From the NCBI GenBank assembly GCA_965247115.1, contig CBDFGR010000003.1, positions 832,001 to 896,000 of the forward strand: a DNA stretch of 64,000 bases, in the 5' to 3' direction. A model generated the notes under the pieces. The model worked only from the letters and a program-made list of their open reading frames with translations. It made no database searches and was not told the origin of the DNA. Both the position numbers and the translations under genes were made by a program. Positions 1 through 9,407 of this stretch are shown in pieces (position 1 is the first letter of the stretch; each line of letters starts with the position of its first letter). This DNA comes from Myxococcota bacterium (GTDB taxonomy: Bacteria > Myxococcota_A > UBA9160 > SZUA-336).

Positions 1-612
1 AACCTGCACCAGGTTCAAGTCCGCCATCTTCAGGAGCACCGTGCCGCCAGAGACCGCCTGGATGGGCGAAGAGATGACCTGTCCACGCTCGACGTTCTTC
101 TCGATCACCGTGCCGGTGATGGGCGCCAGAACTTCCGTGTCATCCATCTCGATCTGCGCGTTCTCCACCGCCACGCGGGCTCGCACAACCCCCGCCTTGG
201 CGTTCACGTGATCGAGAAGTGCTTGCTCGTACTCCGCTTCGGGGATGGATTCGGACTTGAAGAGTTTCTCGGAGCGACGCTTCTGCGCCTCCTCGGTCCC
301 CAGGCGTGCCTGCGCGACTTCTAGCTCGGCCGCGGCGAGCGAGAGCGTGTTGCGCGGTTGGCGTTGATCGATGCGCACGAGCAGCATGCCACGCTCGACC
401 AGATCGCCCGACTCCACGAGCACATCCAAGATCTCACCGGAGGCCTTCGACTTGACCTCGACCGTCACGTCGGGCTCCACGACCCCGGCTGCGAGAGCCG
501 AGATGACAATGTCGCGCCGCTCCACCGGCTCGGCCCGATAGACGAGGGACGGAGCACTGTCGCCACAGCCGGCGAGGACACAGCAGAGACCAACTGCACC
601 AAGTGCCCGCAT
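1..612 (-). CDS. Efflux periplasmic adaptor (MacA/HlyD-family membrane fusion lipoprotein), 3' part runs off the window
   Basis: Manual translation from ATG at 612: [19 protein letters not shown] (lipobox LAGC) ... VEVKSKASGEILDVLVESGDLVERGMLLVRID, a typical MFP lipoyl half-motif. TGATG overlap with the stop of the upstream ABC ATPase. Not in the ORF track because it is truncated. Confidence 0.88.
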   Translation of the reverse strand, partial: MRALGAVGLCCVLAGCGDSAPSLVYRAEPVERRDIVISALAAGVVEPDVTVEVKSKASGEILDVLVESGDLVERGMLLVRIDQRQPRNTLSLAAAELEVAQARLGTEEAQKRRSEKLFKSESIPEAEYEQALLDHVNAKAGVVRARVAVENAQIEMDDTEVLAPITGTVIEKNVERGQVISSPIQAVSGGTVLLKMADLNLVQV

Positions 613-1364
613 CAATGGGCCTCCTCGGTCTTGACGTCGGCCACGACATAGCCGTCTTCGAGCAGAATACGACGCTCGACGCGCTCCGCGATATCCGTCT
701 CGTGCGTGACGAGGACGATGGTCTGGCCCTCGGCATGCAGCTGCTCGAAGAGCCCGATGATCTCCGCCGTGGTATCGGAATCGAGGTTCCCTGTGGGCTC
801 GTCGGCCAGCAGGATGCTGGGCCGATTCACCAGGGCGCGCGCGATGGCCACGCGTTGCCGCTGTCCTCCGGAGAGCTGACTCGGAAGGTGATGCATCCGA
901 TCCCCGAGGCCCAGACGGTCAAGCTCCTGTTCCGCGCGCTGCCGCCGCTCCTTCCTGCCGATATCCGCGTAGACAAGGGGCGTCTCGACGTTCTGCAGCG
1001 CGGTGGCTCTTCCCAGCAGATTGAAGGTCTGGAACACGAAGCCGATCTCTCGATTGCGGATCCGTGCGAGCTCGAGGTCTCCCAGATCCGAGACTCGCTC
1101 GCCATTTAGCCAGTACTCGCCCGACGTGGGGACGTCGAGGCAGCCAACCACATTCATCAGCGTGGACTTTCCGGAGCCCGAGTGGCCCATGATCGCCACG
1201 AACTCGTTCTTCGCGATACTGAGGTCGACACCGCGCAGCGCACGCACGAGCTCCCCGCCCACGTCGAATACGCGATGGATCCCGCTCATCGAGATGAGAG
1301 CACCCGGACGTACCGGACGTGTCCCAACTGCCCGTTCCACCGAACCATTTGGCACTACGCTCAT
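612..1364 (-). CDS. ABC transporter ATP-binding protein, MacB/LolD type
   Basis: Walker [47 protein letters not shown]. Start could instead be ATG at 1289. Confidence 0.95.
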   Translation of the reverse strand: MSVVPNGSVERAVGTRPVRPGALISMSGIHRVFDVGGELVRALRGVDLSIAKNEFVAIMGHSGSGKSTLMNVVGCLDVPTSGEYWLNGERVSDLGDLELARIRNREIGFVFQTFNLLGRATALQNVETPLVYADIGRKERRQRAEQELDRLGLGDRMHHLPSQLSGGQRQRVAIARALVNRPSILLADEPTGNLDSDTTAEIIGLFEQLHAEGQTIVLVTHETDIAERVERRILLEDGYVVADVKTEEAH

Positions 1365-1492
1365 GGGCTCTGGAGCCGAGCATAGCTGCTCCGGAGCCCG
1401 GACGCCGACCCCGCGCCCCCCTTTTTGGGTTCGGTTGACCGGTCCTGGCGACAGGGCTAGCCTCGCCAGCCTTCGCCAATGTGCGAAGCCGT

Positions 1493-1568
1493 GGGGCTGT
1501 AGCTCAGCTGGGAGAGCGCCTGAATGGCATTCAGGAGGTCGACGGTTCGATCCCGTTCAGCTCCACCA
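1493..1568 (+). tRNA. tRNA-Ala (anticodon GGC)
   Basis: 76-nt cloverleaf GGGGCTG TA GCTC AGCTGGGA GAGC G CCTGA ATGGCAT TCAGG AGGTC GACGG TTCGATC CCGTT CAGCTCC A CCA, with G3:U70 alanine identity pair and encoded CCA. Confidence 0.98.
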
Positions 1569-1616
1569 ATGATTCCGAGTATTTGCGCGATGTGCGAGTA
1601 GTCATGACCGAGCGTA

Positions 1617-1636
1617 GGTGTGCCAGTGGTGTGCCA
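1617..1636 (+). repeat. 9-bp direct repeat GGTGTGCCA (11-bp period), possible integrase arm-type site
   Basis: GGTGTGCCA at 1617-1625 and 1628-1636, ~50 bp 3' of the tRNA. The function is inferred. Confidence 0.4.
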
Positions 1637-1841
1637 ACGCTTGCGTTAGCGTCTCGAGCGTGGTCATCACTGCTATATCTCGGCGCCAGAAAGCGCAGTT
1701 GATTGCCGCTCACCCGAAACGGGCCCGCGCCATCATGGGTGTCGGCATCGGTGATCCTGTACGAGTGGGTTGTCGGCATCCGCGCCCCCCCTATAGCCAA
1801 CTGATCGCTACTCTATTCCTGCCTTATCAAGTCCGTCAAAG

Positions 1842-2039
1842 GTCGAGGTCATCGACCGCCGCGGGCTCAGCGACGCCGCCCGAGCTGCGGCACTTGCGGA
1901 AGCCCACGGCCTCGTAGCCGGAGGCGTATCGGCCAAACAGCTCGACGCCGCCCCGATCCTGGAGGTGGTCGGCTTCGGCGGCTCCGGCTTCGAGTCGATC
2001 GATGTCGGGGCGGCCACCGAGCGCGGAATTGCGGTGGTC
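1842..2039 (+). pseudogene. Fragment of a D-isomer-specific 2-hydroxyacid dehydrogenase (SerA/GhrB-like substrate-binding domain)
   Basis: Reads ...QLDAAPILEVVGFGGSGFESIDVGAATERGIAVV. No in-frame start upstream and no NAD-binding domain downstream; similarity ends at the repeat at 2039. Confidence 0.7.
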
Positions 2040-2058
2040 TCTTTAACTCCCTATCCCC
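2039..2058 (+). repeat. Partial copy (20 bp) of the terminal-repeat motif
   Basis: CTCTTTAACTCCCTATCCCC matches 6130-6149 (CTCTTAAACTCCCTATCCCC) at 19/20. Confidence 0.8.
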
Positions 2059-2139
2059 CGAGGTGTGATGTCGAGCGAGTCCAGTAAGGGCTTGATGGAA
2101 GCGAGCAATTGCTTGTGAAAGCGGCGGGGCAGAGCACCC

Positions 2140-3036
2140 CTATCCGTTTGCGTTGCCGGGCGGTCCCGGTGAGGCGCTGAGAATCACTTCGTAGATGCCG
2201 GCGCACTCGTCCTCGGCGCGCCCTTCCTCAATCATCCGCTTGAACCAGTCGAGCGCGGTCTCGACGAGAGGCGTGGCAGCGCCGACGGCGCGCGCGTGGT
2301 CGCGGATGTAGGCCAGATCCTTCATGATGATCGAGGCGGGACCTGCGGCGGGTTGGTAGGTCCGGCGCGCCATCATCGGCCCGCGATAGTTGAGCACGGC
2401 CGAGCCGCCGGCACTTGGACTGACGGCGTTCAGCATACGCTCGGAATCGAGGCCCGAGAGATTACCAAGAACCATAGCCTCGGCCAGGGCCATGGAGTTG
2501 ACGACGACCAGTATGTTGGTGACGAGCTTAGTCGTCATGCCTGCACCGAACGTACCCACATGGCAGCTCTTCGGCGCGATGCTGTCGATCACCGGCTGGA
2601 TTGATTGGGCAGCGGCCTCATCGCCGCTGACGAACAGGACGGCGTTGCGCTGCAAAACCGTTGCCGGGATGCCGCTGATCGGGCAGTCGAGCATGGTGAC
2701 GCCCTTGGCCGCGAGTGCGTCTGCCAACGGTTTCTTGAACGCGGCGGGGAAAGTCCCCATCTCGACGATGGTCTGGCCGGCACTTGTGTGTGCAATCAAT
2801 CCTTGCGGGCTGTGATAAGCCTCGTCCATCTGCGCCTCGCTAGCGAGGCAAGTGATGATCACGTCGGAGGCCGCTGAGAGCTGTGCCGTATCGGCGCATA
2901 GATGGCCACCATGATCGACAAAGTCGGCCGTGCTGGGCCGACTCAGAGCGTGGACAGGAAAGCCGTCTGCGATCAGATTGCTGGCGCAGGCGCGCCCGAT
3001 CTTGCCCAGTCCAATGATGCCAACGCGCAGAGCCAT
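2140..3036 (-). CDS. NAD(P)-dependent oxidoreductase, 3-hydroxyisobutyrate dehydrogenase family
   Basis: MALRVGIIGLGKIG Rossmann start with AGGAG RBS, LDCPISG, GAGMTTKLVTN catalytic Lys motif, KDL. Start moved from 3225 to 3036. Confidence 0.92.
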   Translation of the reverse strand: MALRVGIIGLGKIGRACASNLIADGFPVHALSRPSTADFVDHGGHLCADTAQLSAASDVIITCLASEAQMDEAYHSPQGLIAHTSAGQTIVEMGTFPAAFKKPLADALAAKGVTMLDCPISGIPATVLQRNAVLFVSGDEAAAQSIQPVIDSIAPKSCHVGTFGAGMTTKLVTNILVVVNSMALAEAMVLGNLSGLDSERMLNAVSPSAGGSAVLNYRGPMMARRTYQPAAGPASIIMKDLAYIRDHARAVGAATPLVETALDWFKRMIEEGRAEDECAGIYEVILSASPGPPGNANG

Positions 3037-3119
3037 GAACTTCTCCTGTGGTCCTACTTTCCTATCTTGACAAATTCGTTGCGTGCGGCTCGTATCGCGT
3101 CGGCGGCCCCCGTACGCGT

Positions 3120-3236
3120 TCAGCTGGTGCTCGAAGTCGTGACAGCGGAAGCGCAGCTCAGCACCGAGAAGCCGTACATCAGACCGGCCATGGGGTTGTC
3201 TTCGAAGGTCGGCTTCGTCGTCCACACCTTCGTCAT
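3120..3236 (-). pseudogene. 38-aa ORF, probable gene scrap
   Basis: ATGA overlap with the MFS stop; MTKVWTTKPTFEDNPMAGLMYGFSVLSCASAVTTSSTS. FEDNPMAGLMYGFSVLSC loosely recalls the C-terminus of some class I methyltransferases (unverified). Confidence 0.3.
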
Positions 3237-4648
3237 GTCCCTGCTCGCGCCCCCGCCTCGATCCGCGCGCGAAGCTCCTTCTGGCGCTCCTCAGTGAGCG
3301 GATAGCGCCAGAGGAGGGGAAGTGCGATCAGCGCGATCCCCGCGGGGATCAGACTATACAGGCAGGCCACGGCCAGCTTCGCGGTCGGCGTGTTCGCGTC
3401 GATCGCGGGGTCGAAGCCGAACCAAACCACGACGTTCGTCGCGATGAGGACTCCGAGGGCCCCCGCACCCTTCGTGACCATGCCCCAGAGCGAGAAGTAG
3501 AGCCCCGTCCGCTGCTCGCCACTCTCTAGGGTGTCGATGTCGACGATGTCCGCGGCCATCGAGGCGGGCAGGAAAATGAGCGAGCCGATGCTCGAGCCCT
3601 TCATGATCATGAGAAAGAAGAAGATCCCGAAGTCGCCGGGCCCGAGGAGCGGGATGGGGGCGCTCCAGATCGAGAGCCAGATGAGCCCGAGCACGACGGT
3701 CCGATGCTTGCCGAGCCTGTACGAGATCCGCAGCCAGATCGGGATGGCGGCGGTGCTCGAGAGGTAGTAGACGAGGACGAACATCGCGTAGCGGTCGAAG
3801 GGCTCCTCCATCACGTGTTGGACGAAGAAGAAGGAGAGCGATGCCGTCATGCTGATCGCCGTGGCGAAGAACACCAGGCAGACCACGAGCCGGATGAACG
3901 ACTTGTTGGCCCACACGATCGCCAGCCCCTGCCAGAGCGTGACGGGCGGTCGGTCGAGCCGATCCGGCGGCGGCTCCTTCACCGCCAGGAGCGCCGGAGC
4001 GATCAGGATGGGAAGCGTGATCACCACTGCCACGGCGATCCCGTAGAGCGCGTTGCGCGGCCCCGTAAGCTCCAGCACGTAGGCCATCACGAGCGGGATC
4101 ACGAGCGAGCTGATGAGCCCGAGATAGCCAAAGCTCTCGCGCCAGCCCGTCACCTGCGAGCGCTCGCGGTAGTCCGTCGAGAGCTCCGCACCCCATGCCT
4201 TGTAGGGCAGGTCGACCAGCGTGAACGACAAGTACAGCAGGCTGATCCACACGAACAGGTAGAGCGTGCTGACGTCGCGCGGTGGCACGAAGAGCATCCA
4301 CAGCGACACCATCATCAGGGGCGTGCCGACGAACATCCACGGCTTGCGGCGGCCGAAGCGCGTCTTCCACTTGTCGGAGAAGATCCCGATCATGGGGTCG
4401 GTGAACACGTCCGTGAGACGCGATAGCGCGATGATCACGCCCACGAACGCGAGCGAAAGCCCGAGGTCGCGCGAGTAGAAGGTGGGGATGTAGAGGGCGA
4501 TGGGCAGGCCGACGATCGACGTCGGCAGGTTCGCCACTCCGTAGAGGCCGATCATCCAACGCTGGAGGGGGCGGCGGGGTTTCGCTGTCCGCGGCCCCGC
4601 TTGCTCGACCGGGGGGTTCGTCAACCCGCTAAGGGTATCAGGGACCAA
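3233..4648 (-). CDS. MFS transporter, glycoside-pentoside-hexuronide (MelB/GPH) family
   Basis: SRLTDVFTDPMIGIFSD, TRFGRRKPW, LPYKAWGAELSTDYRERS, SMAADIVD, GEQRTGLYF, YPLT; about 12 hydrophobic segments. Start uncertain. Confidence 0.92.
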   Translation of the reverse strand: MVPDTLSGLTNPPVEQAGPRTAKPRRPLQRWMIGLYGVANLPTSIVGLPIALYIPTFYSRDLGLSLAFVGVIIALSRLTDVFTDPMIGIFSDKWKTRFGRRKPWMFVGTPLMMVSLWMLFVPPRDVSTLYLFVWISLLYLSFTLVDLPYKAWGAELSTDYRERSQVTGWRESFGYLGLISSLVIPLVMAYVLELTGPRNALYGIAVAVVITLPILIAPALLAVKEPPPDRLDRPPVTLWQGLAIVWANKSFIRLVVCLVFFATAISMTASLSFFFVQHVMEEPFDRYAMFVLVYYLSSTAAIPIWLRISYRLGKHRTVVLGLIWLSIWSAPIPLLGPGDFGIFFFLMIMKGSSIGSLIFLPASMAADIVDIDTLESGEQRTGLYFSLWGMVTKGAGALGVLIATNVVVWFGFDPAIDANTPTAKLAVACLYSLIPAGIALIALPLLWRYPLTEERQKELRARIEAGARAGT

Positions 4649-4785
4649 CCGGCGAGGTCATCCATTTCTGGCGTACCCTCTGCGGATCGCGTTCCCGCGG
4701 AGCAGCGCGCGGGCACAGTGTAGACTCTCCCTTCCGTTGATTGAGCTGGGGAGCGCGCAGCAGCAGTGATCAGCCATCGAAAGCT

Positions 4786-5952
4786 GTGACGGTCTCGCAA
4801 CGCCATGACGTGCTGATCCTGGGCGGCGGCGTAATGGGCTGTGCAACGGCCTATTTCCTCACCCGGGAAGCGCCGTCCGCGAGTGTCGCGGTGATCGAAC
4901 GCGACACGAGCTACACTCGGGCGAGCTCCGCACTGTCCGTGAGCTCCATCCGTCAGCAGTTCTCGACGCCGACCTCCATCGCCATGTCTCGCTACGGCTT
5001 CGAATTCCTCCTCGGGACCAGCACGGAGCTCGGAGTCGACCTCGGGTTGATCCAGCGCGGCTATCTGATCCTGGCAGAACCAGCGGCCATCCGAGCGCAG
5101 GGCGAACGCGTGCAGCTGCAACGGGCCTGTGGCGCCGACGTCGAGCTCCTCGACCCCTCCGAGCTCGAGCGCCGATACCCTTGGCTGAATGTGAAGGGCG
5201 TTGGCGGAGCGAGTTATGGCGCGTCGGGGGAGGGCTGGTTCGACGGTCCGGCTTTGCATCAGGCCTTCCGGCGGCGGGCGAGAGCCCGCGGCGTCGCTTT
5301 TCTGCGGGGCGAGGTGGCCACGCTCGCGCACGTGGCAAACCGGATCACGCGCGCGGAGCTGACCGACGGCACTCGACTGAGCGCCGACGTGTACGTGAAC
5401 GCGTGCGGACCCTGGGCAGCGGACATCATGCCCGCTGGCTTGCCGGCGCTCCCGATCGTGCCGCGCAAGCGACAGGTGTTCGTGGTTCGCACCGAGCACC
5501 AGGTGGTCAACATGCCCATGGTGATGGATCCGAGCGGCATCTGGTGCCGGCCCGAAGGCGCTGGTTACATCTGCGGCAAAGCCCCAGACGCGGCCAACGA
5601 TCCCGACGGAGCACCGCTCGAGGTGGAGCATGCTCAGTTCGAGAACGAGATCTGGCCCCGGCTCGCCCACCGGATTCCGGCCTTCCAGGCGCTCAAGGTC
5701 ACCACCGCCTGGGCGGGCTACTACGAATACTGCACGTTCGATCAGAACGCCGTCATCGGGGCGATCCCTGGCGCTTCCAATCTGCTCGTCCTGAGCGGCT
5801 TCTCCGGCCACGGCCTCCAGCATGCGCCAGCCGGGGGCCGTGGGATAGCCGAGATCATCGTGCACGGGAGCTATCGGACACTCGATCTATCGCCGCTCGG
5901 CTACCAACGCCTGCTGGATGACGCGCCGATGGTCGAGGCCAACGTGTACTGA
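4786..5952 (+). CDS. FAD-dependent oxidoreductase, DAO/sarcosine oxidase beta (FOXRED1-like) family
   Basis: DVLILGGGVMG, IERD, SSIRQQFS, EGWFDG, WAGYYEY, DQNAVIG, GFSGHGLQHAPAGG. Confidence 0.92.
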   Translation: MTVSQRHDVLILGGGVMGCATAYFLTREAPSASVAVIERDTSYTRASSALSVSSIRQQFSTPTSIAMSRYGFEFLLGTSTELGVDLGLIQRGYLILAEPAAIRAQGERVQLQRACGADVELLDPSELERRYPWLNVKGVGGASYGASGEGWFDGPALHQAFRRRARARGVAFLRGEVATLAHVANRITRAELTDGTRLSADVYVNACGPWAADIMPAGLPALPIVPRKRQVFVVRTEHQVVNMPMVMDPSGIWCRPEGAGYICGKAPDAANDPDGAPLEVEHAQFENEIWPRLAHRIPAFQALKVTTAWAGYYEYCTFDQNAVIGAIPGASNLLVLSGFSGHGLQHAPAGGRGIAEIIVHGSYRTLDLSPLGYQRLLDDAPMVEANVY

Positions 5953-6102
5953 AAATCAAAGGGCAACGCGATACAGCGACCGGGACGAACTGGCAATCAG
6001 CACTCACTCCCCGGGCGGCCCTCCTAGAGACCGGCTCGCTCGCTGACGACATTCCAGTCCGCGCCCCGGCCCTCAGACGAATCGATAGGACGGGAAGGGC
6101 CA

Positions 6103-6149
6103 TTGTCAGAACCCGAGAACCCGAAAACCCTCTTAAACTCCCTATCCCC
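6103..6149 (+). repeat. Left terminal inverted repeat candidate, containing a tandem AGAACCCG unit
   Basis: TTGTCAGAACCCGAGAACCCGAAAACCCTCTTAAACTCCCTATCCCC; the first 17 bp are a perfect inverted match to 20947-20963. Confidence 0.8.
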
Positions 6150-6256
6150 TCATGAGGCTCGTGGCCGATCACGAGCGCAGCCTCTCCAAAGAACCGCGAA
6201 CCGAAACATCCGGCCTAGCCTGACCTGCAGCAGTCGTGGGCAGGCACGACAGAGCG

Positions 6257-6355
6257 TCACCGCGGGTCGAGACGATACACCCAGGCGGGCTTCTCCCAGC
6301 CCTCGGGGTCGGTGTCGTACTTCCGGAAGAGTTGGCAAAACGCGGCCGGACGCAC
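6257..6355 (-). pseudogene. C-terminal gene scrap of unknown protein
   Basis: Reads ...LFRKYDTDPEGWEKPAWVYRLDPR* with strong GC3 codon bias but no convincing upstream frame. Confidence 0.35.
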
Positions 6356-6578
6356 CTTACTCCATCCATATCTATGGCGTCAGCTCGAGGCGGTCACTAT
6401 TGGACATTCGGGAGGCCGAGTGATTCGGCATTGCCTGCGATGACGAAGCACCGTCGCAGCCTAGCGCGGGCTCGCCTAGATCAGCTCTCGGAGTGGGTCC
6501 ACGAGCAGCAGCGAAGGCCTCCAACAGTAGGGGGCTCCGTAGTAGGCTGCTGTACGCGGGGGTGAACGGAGGCTCGCA

Positions 6579-6983
6579 ATGCAGAGAATCGTGAGACGAA
6601 TGGCTCTTCTAACACTCCTGGCGGCTGTGGTTGGCTTACCGCCAGTCGCGGCCGCACAGGCAGAAGGACCCGCGGAAAGGCGTGTCATCCTGTTCGAAGT
6701 CCAACCAGGTCAGCTGGACGAATTCCTGCAGCGTCAGTCGCAGGCAATGGCGATTAGGAAGCGCCTCGGCGTCCCGGCTTCGCGGATCTTCCGGGCGACC
6801 TTCGCCGGACCCAACACGAACACCGTCTCGATCGTGATCGATCACCCTAGCCTGGACGCGTTCGCAGCAAACAACGCGAGACTGTATGCCGATTCGGAGT
6901 TTCAGAGCTGGCTCGAGGAGCTCCTGAAGTCCGGAATCGGTCGGCTCGTCTCGGACAGCCTGCTGGTCGAGATCACGCCCTAA
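6579..6983 (+). CDS. Secreted NIPSNAP-like / dimeric alpha-beta barrel protein
   Basis: GGAGG RBS, signal peptide ending VAAA-Q, FEVQPGQLDEF, HPSLDAF, ADSEFQSW. Confidence 0.7.
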   Translation: MQRIVRRMALLTLLAAVVGLPPVAAAQAEGPAERRVILFEVQPGQLDEFLQRQSQAMAIRKRLGVPASRIFRATFAGPNTNTVSIVIDHPSLDAFAANNARLYADSEFQSWLEELLKSGIGRLVSDSLLVEITP

Positions 6984-7165
6984 GGCCACCTCCGCACGAT
7001 CGAATTCCGTGATTCTCAGGGGGACTCTGCTACAAGTCGCGTCGCCCTCGGCTCCTTCTGCGTGACGACCGAGTATTCGCTGAGCGGCGACAATCGCGAG
7101 CCCCACGTCGCCAAGGTCCGGAGCTCGCTTCCGACAGCGCTGGAGTTTATGCATCGTATCGGACG

Positions 7166-7171
7166 TATAAT
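7166..7171 (+). promoter_or_regulatory. Possible sigma70 -10 element
   Basis: Perfect TATAAT 40 bp upstream of the aminotransferase start in GC-rich DNA; no clear -35. Confidence 0.3.
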
Positions 7172-7211
7172 GAGGCTTCGCATCCTATCGCCCAGGAACG
7201 GAGGCATCTAG

Positions 7212-8591
7212 ATGACAGCGATACAAGACGGGTTGAGTCAGGAAGAGATCAAGGACCTTCGTGAAAAGGCAGGGGAACATGTCTGGCTTCCCTATACACC
7301 GATCGCTGGGCACCACAATCCGGAAGTCATGCAGATCTTTGTTTCCGGAGAGGGTATCCGAGTCACAGATATCGATGGCAAAAGCTACATCGATGCTTTT
7401 GCAGGTCTGATGTACAAGGCCATTGGCTATGGCCGCGAGGAGGTCATCGACGCTGCTAATGAGCAGATGCATCAAATAGCGTCCTCGCCCATGTTTCATC
7501 ACGGAACGATTCCGGCGATTCGACTGGCAGCCAAACTGGCGGAGGTGACGCCGGGTAGTCTCTCTAGAGTTCATTACGTGACGGGAGGATCCGAAGCCAA
7601 CGAGGTTTCCGTCAAGATCGCAAAGCAATATCAGAAGCTTGCAGGTTTCAGTGGTCGGTACAAGATCATTGCGAGGGAAGGGGAGTACCACGGCTTCACT
7701 CATATGGCGATGGCCCTGGGCAAGGCCGGCGGGGGGATCTATTCGGTGTTCGAGCCCCTTACGCCTGGTGTTCGGCATATCCCCCACCCGTATTGTTATC
7801 GCTGCCCGCTGGGTTTGGAATACCCGAGTTGCGGTGTCGCCTGCGCTAAGTCGCTGGAGAGCACGATCCTCAATGAGGGTCCGGAGTCCGTGGCTGCGTT
7901 CCTCACTGCTTCGGTTTCCCAGCAGACTCCGATGGCTGTTCCTCCTCCCGAGTACTGGCCGATGATCAAATCCATCTGCGAAAAATACGGTGTTCTTTTC
8001 ATCGATGACGAGGTCGTTTGCGGATTCGGCCGAACCGGCGAGTGGTTCGGGATCGATAATTGGGACGTCGTACCGGACATCATGTCGATCGCCAAGGGGG
8101 TTACGAGCGGATACATGGCTCTCGGGGCCTCGATCGCCACGAAAGAAATCAGCGACCAGTTCGAGGAGGGTGGGGACATCCTTCGGAATGTGACGACATT
8201 CGGTGGAATGCCGGGGAGCTGTGCGGCCGGCTTGGCCAACCTGGAAATCATCGAGAACGAGAATTTGGTGGAGAGGGCAGCATCCCTGGGTACATACGTC
8301 TCGGAGCAGTTGCAGGCTTTGAACGACCACCCCCTGGTGGGAGACATTCGCGGATTGGGCCTGTTTTGGGGTATCGAATTGGTCAAGGACAAAGAGACCA
8401 AGGAACCGCTTCATCCACTGAAAGACGTCGCCAATATCACATCGAAGCTCAAAGAATTGGGGCTGATCACTCGGGTGGACAACGGTACGATCCGTTTCGT
8501 ACCACCTCTGGTCATCACCAAAGACGAGATCGACGAGACCATTACCATTTTTGATACGGCCATCGGCCAGCTCGAGAAGGAGCTGCTCTAG
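7212..8591 (+). CDS. Class III PLP aminotransferase (omega-amino acid/BioA-like)
   Basis: DIDGKSYIDAFAGL, GGSEANE, EYHG, FIDDEVVCGFGRTG, PDIMSIAKGVTSGY, PPLVIT. Confidence 0.95.
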   Translation: MTAIQDGLSQEEIKDLREKAGEHVWLPYTPIAGHHNPEVMQIFVSGEGIRVTDIDGKSYIDAFAGLMYKAIGYGREEVIDAANEQMHQIASSPMFHHGTIPAIRLAAKLAEVTPGSLSRVHYVTGGSEANEVSVKIAKQYQKLAGFSGRYKIIAREGEYHGFTHMAMALGKAGGGIYSVFEPLTPGVRHIPHPYCYRCPLGLEYPSCGVACAKSLESTILNEGPESVAAFLTASVSQQTPMAVPPPEYWPMIKSICEKYGVLFIDDEVVCGFGRTGEWFGIDNWDVVPDIMSIAKGVTSGYMALGASIATKEISDQFEEGGDILRNVTTFGGMPGSCAAGLANLEIIENENLVERAASLGTYVSEQLQALNDHPLVGDIRGLGLFWGIELVKDKETKEPLHPLKDVANITSKLKELGLITRVDNGTIRFVPPLVITKDEIDETITIFDTAIGQLEKELL

Positions 8592-8635
8592 AAGAGCTGA
8601 GCCAGAAATCTGCGCCAGCGATCAAGGAGGATGTC

Positions 8636-9346
8636 GTGTCGAGTGATCAAAGTCCCCTGTGCATCGTGATTGGAATTGGCCCTGGCACGGGGCTCGCTCT
8701 TGCCAAGAAGTTTGCGAAGGAGGGCTGCCGTCTCGCTTTCACGGCGCGCAACCCCGAACACCTCCGCAACTACGAATCCGAGATTCCCGAGAGCCGGGGC
8801 TACGTTTACGATGTGAGGGATGTCGAGGCGGCCGCTCAGGTGCTGGGTAAGATTCGCAGGGAACACGGGCCGCCCTCGATCGTGCTCTACAATACCGGGC
8901 CCGGGGCTTTCGTCGACATCGACAAGGCCACCGTGGAGGACCTTCAATCCAGTTGGGAGATCAATACGCGGGGCCTTTTCGCGGTCACGAAAGCAATCCT
9001 GCCCGACCTTCGTGCTCAGACTGGCGCGAACCTGATGGTCATGGGTGCCACGGCTGCTCTTCGCGGGCGCGCGGAGTCCCTGCCCTTCGCACAGGCCAAG
9101 GCTTCCCAGCGCAGCTTGGCTCAGTCATTGGCTCGTCGTCTTGGCCGCGAGAAGATCCACGTCTCGTACTTCGTCCTAGACGGAGTGATCAACACGCCGG
9201 AAGCCACAAAGTTCGCACCCGACGCGCCACCCGAGTTCTTTCTCGATGCAGCCGGGATTGCCGAGGCCGCCTACGCAATCGCCCAGCAACCCGAACAGGC
9301 ATGGTCGTTCGAAGTCGATCTTCGGCCTTTCGGCGAGAAGTGGTAA
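8636..9346 (+). CDS. Short-chain dehydrogenase/reductase (atypical, FxxxK active-site motif)
   Basis: IGIGPGTG, LYNTG, GATAALRG, FAQAKASQRSLAQS, WSFEVDLRPFGEKW. Confidence 0.92.
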   Translation: MSSDQSPLCIVIGIGPGTGLALAKKFAKEGCRLAFTARNPEHLRNYESEIPESRGYVYDVRDVEAAAQVLGKIRREHGPPSIVLYNTGPGAFVDIDKATVEDLQSSWEINTRGLFAVTKAILPDLRAQTGANLMVMGATAALRGRAESLPFAQAKASQRSLAQSLARRLGREKIHVSYFVLDGVINTPEATKFAPDAPPEFFLDAAGIAEAAYAIAQQPEQAWSFEVDLRPFGEKW

Positions 9347-9407
9347 ACCGCGAATAGATCACAGATCGACTGGTAGGGCTGGCTCCGCTGGCCCAAAATC
9401 TCGTCTC

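Noticed and set aside
7151..7165. GCATCGTATCGGACG resembling GCATCGTAAATCGGACG at 20964-20980
   Set aside because: Short gapped match with no positional logic; could be chance.
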